Of a stretch of 51,748 nucleotides of DNA, positions 10,944 to 18,993 are shown piece after piece. Source of the DNA: Acidimicrobiia bacterium (lineage in GTDB: Bacteria > Actinomycetota > Acidimicrobiia > Spongiisociales > ZC4RG35); assembly GCA_036396635.1 (NCBI GenBank), contig DASWKM010000178.1, forward strand, positions 1 through 51,748, given 5' to 3'. Each line of letters begins with the position of its first letter. Position 1 is the stretch's first letter. The notes beneath the pieces were generated by a model that saw nothing but the letters and a program-made list of their open reading frames with translations, did not search any database and was not told where the DNA came from. The position numbers and the translations under genes are program-made.

Positions 10944-12047
10944 GTGCCCGCCCAACCGATGATCCGCCTCCAGGACGTCACGAAGATCTTCCCAGGCGGG
11001 CTCTTTCCCGCGGTGGGCGGGCTCTCACTTGATATCGGGGCCGGCGAGTTCGTGACGCTGGTGGGGCCATCGGGTTGCGGCAAGACCACGACCTTGAGGA
11101 TGATCAATCGCCTCATCGAGCCGACGTCGGGGCGAATCGAGGTAGGCGGCAGGGATGCACTGAGTGTCGAGCCACACGAGCTGCGACGCTCCATCGGCTA
11201 CGTGATCCAACAGATCGGTCTCTTTCCCCACCGCACCGTTGCCCAGAACATCGCCACCGTACCGGGGCTCCTCGGTTGGGATCAGGTTCGAGTGGCCGAG
11301 CGTGTGTCCGAGTTGGCCGTCACAGTGGGTTTGGTCGAGGAGATGCTCGAGCGCTACCCGGCGGAACTCTCCGGCGGCCAGCAGCAGAGGGTTGGTGTGG
11401 CCCGAGCCCTGGCCGCCGACCCCCCCGTGCTGTTGATGGACGAGCCGTTTGGGGCCGTCGATCCGATCGTGCGTGGCCGTCTACAGGAGGAGTTCCTCGA
11501 TCTGCATCGTCGGCTGGGCAAGACCGTTGTCTTCGTGACCCATGACATCGACGAGGCCCTCTATCTGGGCACCAGAGTGGCGATCCTCAACATCGGCGGG
11601 ATCCTCGAGCAATACGACACACCCGAGAACATTCTGGCCTCGCCGGTCAACGGCTTCGTGGAGGACTTTCTGGGCGGGGAGAGGGGTCTGAAGCGCCTGG
11701 CCCTTCGTCCTGTATCGGGTGCTGACATGGTCAGGGGGCCGATCGTCGATGTCAGTGCAACGCCGGACGAGGCCAGGGCGGTAATGCGAGCCCACGATGT
11801 CAGTTGGGTCGGGCTGGTCGATCAGGAGAGGCTGCTGGGCTGGGTCGATGAGACCGAAGTCGATGGCTCACCGTTGTCCACTTTGCACCCGAAGCCTTTT
11901 GCGGTGTCTCTCTCTTCCAAATCCTCGTTGCGTGAAGCTGTCAACGCCGTGGTGACCAGCCATGCCCGGGTGGCGGTGGTCGTCGATGACGGTCGATACG
12001 TGGGAATGGTCGATCTGGAGTCGATCGCCGAGGAGATCACCGAATGA
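10944..12047 (+). CDS. Osmoprotectant (glycine betaine/choline-type) ABC transporter ATP-binding protein with C-terminal CBS domains
   Basis: Walker A GPSGCGKTT, signature LSGGQQQRV, Walker B LLMDEPFGAVD, and a CBS-like tail. AGGAG lies 5 nt upstream of the GTG at 10944. An alternative ATG is at 10959. Confidence 0.88.
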   Translation: MPAQPMIRLQDVTKIFPGGLFPAVGGLSLDIGAGEFVTLVGPSGCGKTTTLRMINRLIEPTSGRIEVGGRDALSVEPHELRRSIGYVIQQIGLFPHRTVAQNIATVPGLLGWDQVRVAERVSELAVTVGLVEEMLERYPAELSGGQQQRVGVARALAADPPVLLMDEPFGAVDPIVRGRLQEEFLDLHRRLGKTVVFVTHDIDEALYLGTRVAILNIGGILEQYDTPENILASPVNGFVEDFLGGERGLKRLALRPVSGADMVRGPIVDVSATPDEARAVMRAHDVSWVGLVDQERLLGWVDETEVDGSPLSTLHPKPFAVSLSSKSSLREAVNAVVTSHARVAVVVDDGRYVGMVDLESIAEEITE

Positions 12048-12706
12048 TCCTCGCCCAGGAACGACCTCTGATCGACTGGGCCTGGATCGGGCGAAACGCC
12101 GACCAGATTCTCGATCGGACGTGGGAGCACATCTTCCTCACCCTGGTCCCGGTCGCGATAGGGATAGTCATCTCGTTGGGGCTCACGGGCATCGTCCTCA
12201 GATGGCGAAAAACGTTTGGCCCGATCACCGTTGCGGCCGGCATTCTCTACACCATTCCCTCACTGGCGTTGCTTGCCGCTCTGATCGAGCCCGTTGGGCT
12301 CAATCGTGCCAACGCCGTCATCGCTCTCACCTCGTACACCCTCCTGATCCTGGTGCGCAACTTCGTGGCCGGCATCGACGCAGTGCCCGCGGGTGCACTC
12401 GAGGCTGCAGACGGGATGGGTTACACGCGAGTCGCACGGTTCTGGCGGATGGAGGTGCCATTGGCCCTACCGGTGATCATCGCCGGCATTCGCATCGCCA
12501 CGGTCACGACAGTGGGCCTGGTCACCGTTTCGGTGATCTTGGGCCTTGGCGGCTACGGGTTCTTCATCCTCAGGGGCTTTCAGGCCCGTCAATTCACTCA
12601 GACTCTGGTCGGGCTGGTGCTGGCGGTGGTTCTGGCCAGCATTCTGGACTTCACATTCATCGCACTGCAGAGACTTCTCACCCCATGGACCAGGCGGAGG
12701 GGTTGA
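12044..12706 (+). CDS. ABC transporter permease (osmoprotectant type)
   Basis: 220-aa multi-TM BPD-type permease with an ATGA overlap onto the ATPase gene. Confidence 0.85.
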   Translation: MILAQERPLIDWAWIGRNADQILDRTWEHIFLTLVPVAIGIVISLGLTGIVLRWRKTFGPITVAAGILYTIPSLALLAALIEPVGLNRANAVIALTSYTLLILVRNFVAGIDAVPAGALEAADGMGYTRVARFWRMEVPLALPVIIAGIRIATVTTVGLVTVSVILGLGGYGFFILRGFQARQFTQTLVGLVLAVVLASILDFTFIALQRLLTPWTRRRG

Positions 12707-13392
12707 TGGCCTGGGACCAGATGATCGAGTTCCTCGAGAACCCAACCACCTGGTCCGGCCCGGCATCGATTTGGGCACGTCTCTGGGAGCATGTTTGGGT
12801 GTCGGTCGCGGCCACAGCGGTGGCTGCATTCCTTGTGTTCCCGCTCGGCCTCTGGCTGGGGCACACCCGTAAAGGGGCTCAGATCGCCGGTGCGGTTGTC
12901 AACATCGGCAGGGCGATCCCTTCATTCGGCGTCCTGGTGTTGACGGTGATGGTCTTGGTCGAGTTGGGGGTCAGCGTGCTCAGCCCTTGGGGAGTGTTGG
13001 TGGCGCTGATCGCCTTGGCCGCCCCACCGATCTTCACCAACACCATCGCCGGGATGCAGGGAGTCGAGCCGTCGACGGTGGAGGCGGCACGGGGTATGGG
13101 GTTGACCGAGGCGCAAGTGGTGAGAGGTGTAGAGATGCCCCTCGCCTCCCCGGTGATCCTCGAAGGTCTGCGCATCGCCTTCGTCCAAGTGATCGCCACC
13201 GCCACACTTGGTGCCCTTGTTGCATGGGGCGGGCTGGGCCGGTTCATCGTGGATGGATTCAGCCAGCAGAACCAGGGCAAGCTCTATGTGGGGGCCTTTC
13301 TCGTGGCACTTCTCGCGGTTCTCGCCGAGGTCGCGCTCTCCGTTGTGCAGAAGGTGGCGACACCCAAGGGGATCCGAATCAGCACCGATTAG
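12706..13392 (+). CDS. ABC transporter permease (osmoprotectant type), second subunit
   Basis: The ATG at 12706 overlaps the preceding TGA. The product (MAWDQMIEFLENPTTWSG...) is multi-TM. It lies in the same frame as the long track ORF 11962..13392, whose 5' part is spurious. Confidence 0.85.
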   Translation: MAWDQMIEFLENPTTWSGPASIWARLWEHVWVSVAATAVAAFLVFPLGLWLGHTRKGAQIAGAVVNIGRAIPSFGVLVLTVMVLVELGVSVLSPWGVLVALIALAAPPIFTNTIAGMQGVEPSTVEAARGMGLTEAQVVRGVEMPLASPVILEGLRIAFVQVIATATLGALVAWGGLGRFIVDGFSQQNQGKLYVGAFLVALLAVLAEVALSVVQKVATPKGIRISTD

Positions 13393-13426
13393 GGAATCAG
13401 CAACAGTCTTCTAAGGTTGACGGTCG

Positions 13427-13450
13427 GTGTCAGATCACCCGATCTGACAC
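13427..13450 (+). promoter_or_regulatory. Perfect 10-bp inverted repeat in the permease-SBP spacer (intercistronic stem-loop or operator)
   Basis: GTGTCAGATC-accc-GATCTGACAC, located 30 nt upstream of the SBP start and followed by ATTT. Confidence 0.5.
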
Positions 13451-13479
13451 ATTTCCGTAAATCAATGAAGGAGAAACCC

Positions 13480-14394
13480 ATGCGGAGAGTCTTCCGCAAC
13501 CGAGCTGTTGGGGCGGTCCTGGCCCTGGCCCTAGTGGCCAGCGCATGTGGATCGGGTGACAGCACGGAAGGTGAGCCGATAACTGTTGCCTCGTTTGGCT
13601 TCAACGAGTCGGTGATCGTTGCCGAGATCTATGCCCAAGCTCTGGAAAGGGCCGGTTACACGGTCGAGCGCAGCATGAACCTCGGTCCCCGCGAGATCGT
13701 CAAGCCTGCTCTGGAGAGTGGCGAGATCGACCTCGTCCCCGAATATGTGGGAACGATCGACTCGTTCCTGGGCGGCTCGCCAACGGCCGATGCCCAAGCC
13801 ACCTATGAGGAGGCCAAGGAACTATATGAGGCGCTTGGCGTGACGCTGCTTGCGTACAGCCCCGCCGAGGACAAGAACGCCTACGTGGTGACGGCCGAGA
13901 CGGCGTCTGCAAATGGCCTGACCACGATCTCGGATCTAGCGGCGGTTGCCGCCAACTTCAGGTTTGGCGGTCCACCGGAGTGCCCCGAGCGCGAGTTCTG
14001 CCTTCTGGGTCTGCAGACTGTCTACGGGCTGGAGTTCGCCGAGTTCGTGCCGCTCGATGCAGCAGGGCCGATCACCATCGCCGCCCTCGAAGGTGGCGAC
14101 ATCGATCTTGCGTTGTTGTTCAGCAGCCAGGGGATCATCGCCGAGAAGGGCTGGGTGGTTCTCGAAGACGACATGGGTCTCCAGCCGGCGGAGAACCTGG
14201 TCCCGGCCATCCGTCAGGCGGTCCTCGATGAGTACGGAAACTCACTCTCCGACCTGCTGAGTGAAGTGTCTGAGAAGCTCAATCAGGAGGACCTGACCGA
14301 GATGAACAAGCGGGCCGACCTCGACGGTGAGGCTCCTGAGCTCATCGCCGGTCAATGGCTGGACGACAACGGATATCCCGAAGACGGCTCCTGA
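13480..14394 (+). CDS. Glycine betaine/osmoprotectant-binding lipoprotein (ABC substrate-binding protein)
   Basis: MRRVFRNRAVGAVLALALVASACGSGD is a signal peptide with a lipobox-like Cys. AAGGAG lies 6 nt upstream of ATG 13480. Alternative in-frame starts are at 13465 and 13417. The body matches the OpuBC/OsmF-type fold (EIYAQALERAGY...). Confidence 0.85.
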   Translation: MRRVFRNRAVGAVLALALVASACGSGDSTEGEPITVASFGFNESVIVAEIYAQALERAGYTVERSMNLGPREIVKPALESGEIDLVPEYVGTIDSFLGGSPTADAQATYEEAKELYEALGVTLLAYSPAEDKNAYVVTAETASANGLTTISDLAAVAANFRFGGPPECPEREFCLLGLQTVYGLEFAEFVPLDAAGPITIAALEGGDIDLALLFSSQGIIAEKGWVVLEDDMGLQPAENLVPAIRQAVLDEYGNSLSDLLSEVSEKLNQEDLTEMNKRADLDGEAPELIAGQWLDDNGYPEDGS

Positions 14395-14416
14395 TCAGCG
14401 AAGCCCTTGCCCAAAG

Positions 14417-14441
14417 AAAGGCCCGGTTCAGCCGGGCCTTT
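14417..14441 (-). terminator. Intrinsic terminator hairpin between the convergent opu and CNNM operons
   Basis: AAAGGCCCGG-ttcag-CCGGGCCTTT is a perfect 10-bp stem. Read on the minus strand it is followed by TTTCTTT. The CNNM stop codon sits in the loop. It may also act on the plus-strand opu transcript. Confidence 0.65.
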
Positions 14442-15759
14442 CCCAATGGTCGGCGTCTCGTGTGTCGGGGATGTGCTCGACCGTTAGCTCCACCTCCCGC
14501 ACTCTCCGGCCGTCCATGCGCCGAACCGTCATCTCGAATCCTGGCCGCGAGACGACGTCACCGCGTCGTGGCACCTTGCCGAGCTCGGTCATGAGAAAGC
14601 CGCCGACCGTCTCGTACTGGCCATCGCCGATGTGGGCGCCGATCTCATCCAGCCGGTCGACCCTGGTCTGACCGGCGACCAGGTATCGGTCCTTTCCAGC
14701 AGGTCGAATCTCCATGACCTCGCGGATGTCGTGCTCGTCCCTGATCTCTCCGACGATCTCCTCGGCAATGTCCTCGAGGGTCACCAGGCCGGCAACGCTC
14801 CCATGCTCATCGATTGCGACGGCCATATGGACCCCCTGGGACCTCATCATCTCCATGAGGGGCGAGATCGACATCGTCTCCGGCACCACCGGCACATTGC
14901 GGATGATCGACGGGTCGATCGGGTCTTCGAGGTGAGAAGGGTCGACCGCGATCAGGTCCTTGGCATGGACGAAGCCTCGTATGTCGTCGAGCGTCTCGCC
15001 AAAAACCGGGATCCTCGAGTGGCCGGTAGCCACGATCGTGCTCTCGAACTCGTCCGCGCTCTCGGTGACCGATAGCGCCACCAGGTCGGGTCTCGGGACC
15101 ATGACCTCCGCAACGATTGTCTCCTGGAAGCCAAGTGCCGAGCTGAGGAGACGAGACGAGCCGGCGTCTATGACCTTCCCCGCGCCGATCGTCCTAACCA
15201 GTGTCGCGATGTCCTCGGCTGAGTGGGTGGTCTCGATGCTGTGGGAGGTCTTGACCCCAAAGAGCCTCAGGATGCTTCCTGCCACCCAGGACAGGGCAAC
15301 GATCAGTGGTCTCAGGACGGTGACATAAGCGCGGAACGGTGCCGCCAGGAGCAGCGCCGCACTTTCAGGTGCGGCAATAGTGGCGTTCTTGGGCGCCATC
15401 TCCCCGATCACGTTGTGAACGAAGGAGACGATCAGAAGAGCCAATATCAGAGACAGGCTGGTGACGGCCCCGTTGGGCAGCCCCATGGCGTCGAGCACAT
15501 CGTGGAATGCCACCTCGACCGTCTCTTCGATTATGAAACCCAGCCCCAGCGACATCGCCGCCACCCCGAGCTGAGCGCCGGCAAATGTGATGGGCAACTC
15601 GTCCATGGCGGCCAAGGCCCAGCGGGCGAACCGGTTGCCCGCCGCGGCACGTTCCTCGAGCGGAGGGCGACGTGAGGCGGTGAAGGCGAACTCAACGGCC
15701 ACAAAGAACCCGTTGGCCAGAACCAGGATCAGCGCGATCAAGAGTGCCCCGAGGCTCAT
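14428..15759 (-). CDS. CNNM/CorC-family protein (DUF21 TM domain + CBS pair + CorC_HlyC)
   Basis: N-terminal DUF21 (LANGFFVAVEFAFTASRR), a CBS pair, and a C-terminal CorC/HlyC transporter-associated domain. Confidence 0.88.
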   Translation of the reverse strand: MSLGALLIALILVLANGFFVAVEFAFTASRRPPLEERAAAGNRFARWALAAMDELPITFAGAQLGVAAMSLGLGFIIEETVEVAFHDVLDAMGLPNGAVTSLSLILALLIVSFVHNVIGEMAPKNATIAAPESAALLLAAPFRAYVTVLRPLIVALSWVAGSILRLFGVKTSHSIETTHSAEDIATLVRTIGAGKVIDAGSSRLLSSALGFQETIVAEVMVPRPDLVALSVTESADEFESTIVATGHSRIPVFGETLDDIRGFVHAKDLIAVDPSHLEDPIDPSIIRNVPVVPETMSISPLMEMMRSQGVHMAVAIDEHGSVAGLVTLEDIAEEIVGEIRDEHDIREVMEIRPAGKDRYLVAGQTRVDRLDEIGAHIGDGQYETVGGFLMTELGKVPRRGDVVSRPGFEMTVRRMDGRRVREVELTVEHIPDTRDADHWERPG

Positions 15760-17048
15760 ATCTGCTCCGGCCGTCCCACGACCCTCACGGTCTGGATCCT
15801 GAATCCGTCAACCCGTGACACCGCGAACGTCCATCCGGCGATGCTCACCTCGTCGCCCAGCTCCGGAAGCCTGCCCAACTCGGCGGTGATCAGCCCACCG
15901 AGCGTCTCGTAGCGGCCTTCGGGCCAGACGAAACCGATCCTGGCCTCGACCTCGTGACGGTGGAGCAGACCGGACAGCTCACCCGCCCCATCCCTCCCTT
16001 GAGGCTCCTCCACGTCGTATTCGTCCCGGATCTCACCGACGATCTCCTCGAGAAGGTCTTCGGAGGTGACAATTCCCGCCGTCCCGCCATACTCATCCTT
16101 GACCACCGCCATGCCAGAGCCGCGGGTCCGCAACTCGAACAACACCGTGTCGAGCGGCTGGGTGTCGGCGATCACCAATGCCGGGCGCATGTGATCGATG
16201 ATCGCTTCCCGATGCCGCTGGCCGGGTGGAACTCGGAGGCTGTCCTTGACATGGGCGATCCCTCGAATGTCGTCGAGATCGGACCCGTAGACGGGGAACC
16301 GGCTGTGCCCTGACGCGATGGCAGCCTGCTGGAGGTCACTCACCGTCGCCGCGGAACGAAGACCGACGACCTGGACACGGGGGATCATCACATCCGAGGT
16401 CAGATTGGCGGTGAATGCGATCGACCTGGTCAGGAGTCCCAGCTCCTCGGTTGTGAGCGTGCCCCGCTCACCTGACGCCCTGATGATCAGCTCGAGCTCT
16501 TCGAGGGATCGGACACCGGCCAGCTCCTCGCGCGGCTCGATTCCCATGAGCCGGACCGTCCGGTTGGCCGCGGCGTTGAGCACGCGGATGACCGGGGAGA
16601 GGAGGTTGTTCACGATGAGCATGGGGATGCCCACACGCCGAGCCGTCCGGTACGGGTAGCTGATGGCGATGTTCTTGGGAACCAGTTCTCCGAGGACGAG
16701 CTGAAGCGAGGTGCCGATGGCGAGGGCCGCTGTCACGATCACCGCACCCGACGCGCTCTCGGAGACATTGAGCCAGCCCAATACGGGCTCGATCACCGGG
16801 CCGAGGGCTGGTTGGGCGACCAAGCCGAGGACGAGGGACGAGACGGTGATTCCGAGCTGGGCTCCCGAAAGATGGAAAGAGAGACGGGATAATCCGCTCA
16901 GGAGGCGTCTGGCCCCACGATCCCCCTCGCCTGCGTGTCGCACGACACGACTTCTTTCCACCGTCACCAGCGCGAACTCGCCCGCGACGAAGAAGGCATT
17001 GACGATGAGGAGAAACGCGACGAGTGCCAGACCGGCGGTCGTACTAAT
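15756..17048 (-). CDS. CNNM/CorC-family protein, paralogue; 5' end requires a non-ATG/GTG/TTG start (ATT at 17048 proposed)
   Basis: The track ORF starts at GTG 16967, inside the conserved first TM helix. The open frame continues 27 codons upstream (ISTTAGLALVAFLLIVNAFFVAGEFALV) to a TGA at 17052-17054, and it aligns with the N-terminus of the paralogue. GAGG lies 9 nt upstream of the ATT. There is a 4-nt overlap with the downstream paralogue. Confidence 0.75.
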   Translation of the reverse strand: MSTTAGLALVAFLLIVNAFFVAGEFALVTVERSRVVRHAGEGDRGARRLLSGLSRLSFHLSGAQLGITVSSLVLGLVAQPALGPVIEPVLGWLNVSESASGAVIVTAALAIGTSLQLVLGELVPKNIAISYPYRTARRVGIPMLIVNNLLSPVIRVLNAAANRTVRLMGIEPREELAGVRSLEELELIIRASGERGTLTTEELGLLTRSIAFTANLTSDVMIPRVQVVGLRSAATVSDLQQAAIASGHSRFPVYGSDLDDIRGIAHVKDSLRVPPGQRHREAIIDHMRPALVIADTQPLDTVLFELRTRGSGMAVVKDEYGGTAGIVTSEDLLEEIVGEIRDEYDVEEPQGRDGAGELSGLLHRHEVEARIGFVWPEGRYETLGGLITAELGRLPELGDEVSIAGWTFAVSRVDGFRIQTVRVVGRPEQI

Positions 17049-17139
17049 GGGTCAGGACCTCGGGGCTCACGGGTCCGCATCACACTAACTGGGGCAAATC
17101 TGTCCTAGCCAGGATCTACCTTGCTCTCAGGAGGTCGAG

Positions 17140-17328
17140 ATGCTCATCGAATGCGAGCAATGTGCGATGCGGGACACCAGCGCCTGCGACGACTGCGTCG
17201 TCACCTATCTGCTGGGTGGTGGTCCTGTGGACATCAGTGACTCACAGGCCGAGGCCATCGCCAACCTGGCCGAGGAGGGCCTCGTGCCCAAGCTTCGTCT
17301 CGTGCCTGCCGAGCGTCGGGTCTCATAG
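17140..17328 (+). CDS. Small Cys4 (CxxC...CxxC) protein, function unknown
   Basis: 62 aa: MLIECEQCAMRDTSACDDCVV.... AGGAGG lies 7 nt upstream of the ATG. Confidence 0.55.
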   Translation: MLIECEQCAMRDTSACDDCVVTYLLGGGPVDISDSQAEAIANLAEEGLVPKLRLVPAERRVS

Positions 17329-17352
17329 CGACCGGCGGTACGCTGCTCGTCG

Positions 17353-17649
17353 ATGGTCAAGGTCTACGCGATAACGCTCGTCCTCGGCACGCTCGGGCTC
17401 CTGGTGTTCATTCTGGGTGGAACGCTGGCAGAGAACCTGGGTCGCCCCGAGAAAGACCCTGGGGAGCGCTACGGCCTGGCCGGGAAGGCCGTGGTCGGCG
17501 CGGTCGTGGGGTTTGGCATGGGTGGCTTGTCTGCAGAGTTCTCACCCCTGGACTTCGGCTGGCCGACATCGTTGATGATCGCCGTCGCCGCCGCCGGTCT
17601 CTCCATATTGTGGGTGCGGTACGCCACCAGTCAGTCTCGGTCAGGATGA
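17353..17649 (+). CDS. Small integral membrane protein (about 3 TM), function unknown
   Basis: 98 aa with hydrophobic segments. It has an ATGA overlap with the downstream metallophosphoesterase gene. Confidence 0.5.
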   Translation: MVKVYAITLVLGTLGLLVFILGGTLAENLGRPEKDPGERYGLAGKAVVGAVVGFGMGGLSAEFSPLDFGWPTSLMIAVAAAGLSILWVRYATSQSRSG

Positions 17650-18434
17650 TCTTCATCTCCGATGTGCATGACGCACCCGATGCGTTGCGAAGACTCGTCG
17701 ACCTGGATGAGGAGATCGTGATTCTCGGCGATCTGGTGAACCTCACCGACTATCGCACCGGGGCCGGGGCCGTGGCCGAGGTCCTGGGAAGCGATTTTGC
17801 CGCCAGGACATCCTCCGCCCGGGCCGAGGGGGATTACCGGCGAATGAGATCCCTTTGGACCGAGAAGGCGTCCGAGACCGATGCGGACCTCCGCCGGCTG
17901 ATCCGAGCCGAGCTTCGAAGCCAGTACACCGCCGCAGCAGCCGCCCTGGAACAAGGTCACGGGCTGGTCATTCACGGCAATGTCGATCAGCCCAACGTCC
18001 TGCGTGACTCCTTGCCCCCTGGGTTCAGGTACGTCCATGGTGAGGTTGTTGAGCGTGACGGGCTTCGGCTGGGGTTCGTCGGCGGTGGAGTGCGAACGCC
18101 CCTGGCGGCAGACGGCGAGGTCGGCGACGAGGATATGGCCGAGATCCTAGGCACATTGGGACCGGTCGATGTTCTTTGCACCCATGTCCCCCCCGCGGTC
18201 CCGTCCCTGCGACGGGATGTCATCACGGGTCGCGAGGAGAGGGGGTCCATCCCGATACGGGACTATCTGAAATCTCACCAACCACGCTATCACCTGTTTG
18301 GCGACGTTCACCAGCCACAGGCGTCGACTTGGCGGGTCGGCCGCACCAGATGTGTCAATGCCGGCTACTTCAGGGCGACGGGCCGTTACCTCCGTCTCTC
18401 CGGCGGGATCGTCCAGGGCAGCTCGATGGGCTAG
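17646..18434 (+). CDS. Metallophosphoesterase (calcineurin-like)
   Basis: Motifs MIFISDVHD, ILGDLVN, HGNVD, CTHVPP and FGDVH. The start at ATG 17646 overlaps the upstream stop. Confidence 0.8.
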   Translation: MIFISDVHDAPDALRRLVDLDEEIVILGDLVNLTDYRTGAGAVAEVLGSDFAARTSSARAEGDYRRMRSLWTEKASETDADLRRLIRAELRSQYTAAAAALEQGHGLVIHGNVDQPNVLRDSLPPGFRYVHGEVVERDGLRLGFVGGGVRTPLAADGEVGDEDMAEILGTLGPVDVLCTHVPPAVPSLRRDVITGREERGSIPIRDYLKSHQPRYHLFGDVHQPQASTWRVGRTRCVNAGYFRATGRYLRLSGGIVQGSSMG

Positions 18435-18537
18435 TGGTCTGTCGCGTAAATAGTGTGCGCGTGTCTCCGAGGGCCGGAGAGACGCCACAAGTGTTTACGA
18501 TACGGGGCCACTAGTGGTACCAGCGGTGTGTCACTAG
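18431..18537 (+). promoter_or_regulatory. CTAG-palindrome cluster / structured leader upstream of the SRPBCC-ArsA operon
   Basis: CTAGTGG (18431), the 10-bp palindrome CCACTAGTGG (18508-18517) and CACTAG (18532-18537). 18431-18439 can pair with 18506-18514, enclosing a TCTCCG-agggc-CGGAGA hairpin (18464-18480). Confidence 0.35.
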
Positions 18538-18551
18538 ATTCCGCATGAGAC

Positions 18552-18992
18552 ATGGCCGAGGGAACCTTCTCCTCACTCGAGATCGACGCATCCGCCGAAC
18601 AGCTCTACGACGTGGCCGCAGACGTGGCTGCCTATCCGGAGTGGGCGAGTGGAGTCAAGGAAGTGGAAGTGTTGGGTGTTGATTCGGAGGGCCGGGTCGA
18701 TCGGGCCAGATTCGTCCTCGAGGGCTTCGTCAAGGAGATCGAGTATGTCCTCAAGTACACCCATCACCGACCGGACACCCTGAGCTGGGTCGCCGAGGAG
18801 AGCGACGATCTCAAGATGCTGGAAGGCTCATATCATTTCGGTCCTGCCGATGACGACGCAACCGAAGTCGTGTACTCGTTGACCGTCGAGCCGAAGTTCA
18901 TCCTCCCCGGCTTCATCAAGAGACAGGCGGAGAAACAGATCGTGACGACGGCACTTCGGGGGCTCCGAAAGAGAGTTGTCAGCGGCGTATGA
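18552..18992 (+). CDS. SRPBCC-superfamily (polyketide cyclase/dehydrase-like, START fold) protein
   Basis: 146 aa. The block AEQLYDVAADVAAYPEWASGVKEVEVL is typical of cyclase/dehydrase-family proteins. Confidence 0.8.
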   Translation: MAEGTFSSLEIDASAEQLYDVAADVAAYPEWASGVKEVEVLGVDSEGRVDRARFVLEGFVKEIEYVLKYTHHRPDTLSWVAEESDDLKMLEGSYHFGPADDDATEVVYSLTVEPKFILPGFIKRQAEKQIVTTALRGLRKRVVSGV

Positions 18993-18993
18993 C

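Noticed and set aside
18511-18526. Near-identical 15/16-mer CTAGT(T)GGTACCAGCG shared between 18511 and 36781, and an 11-mer CAGACCACTAG shared with 26179
   Set aside because: I considered these as copies of a dispersed repeat or MITE. For a window of about 52 kb read on both strands, matches of 11-15 nt are expected by chance, and the flanks do not align.
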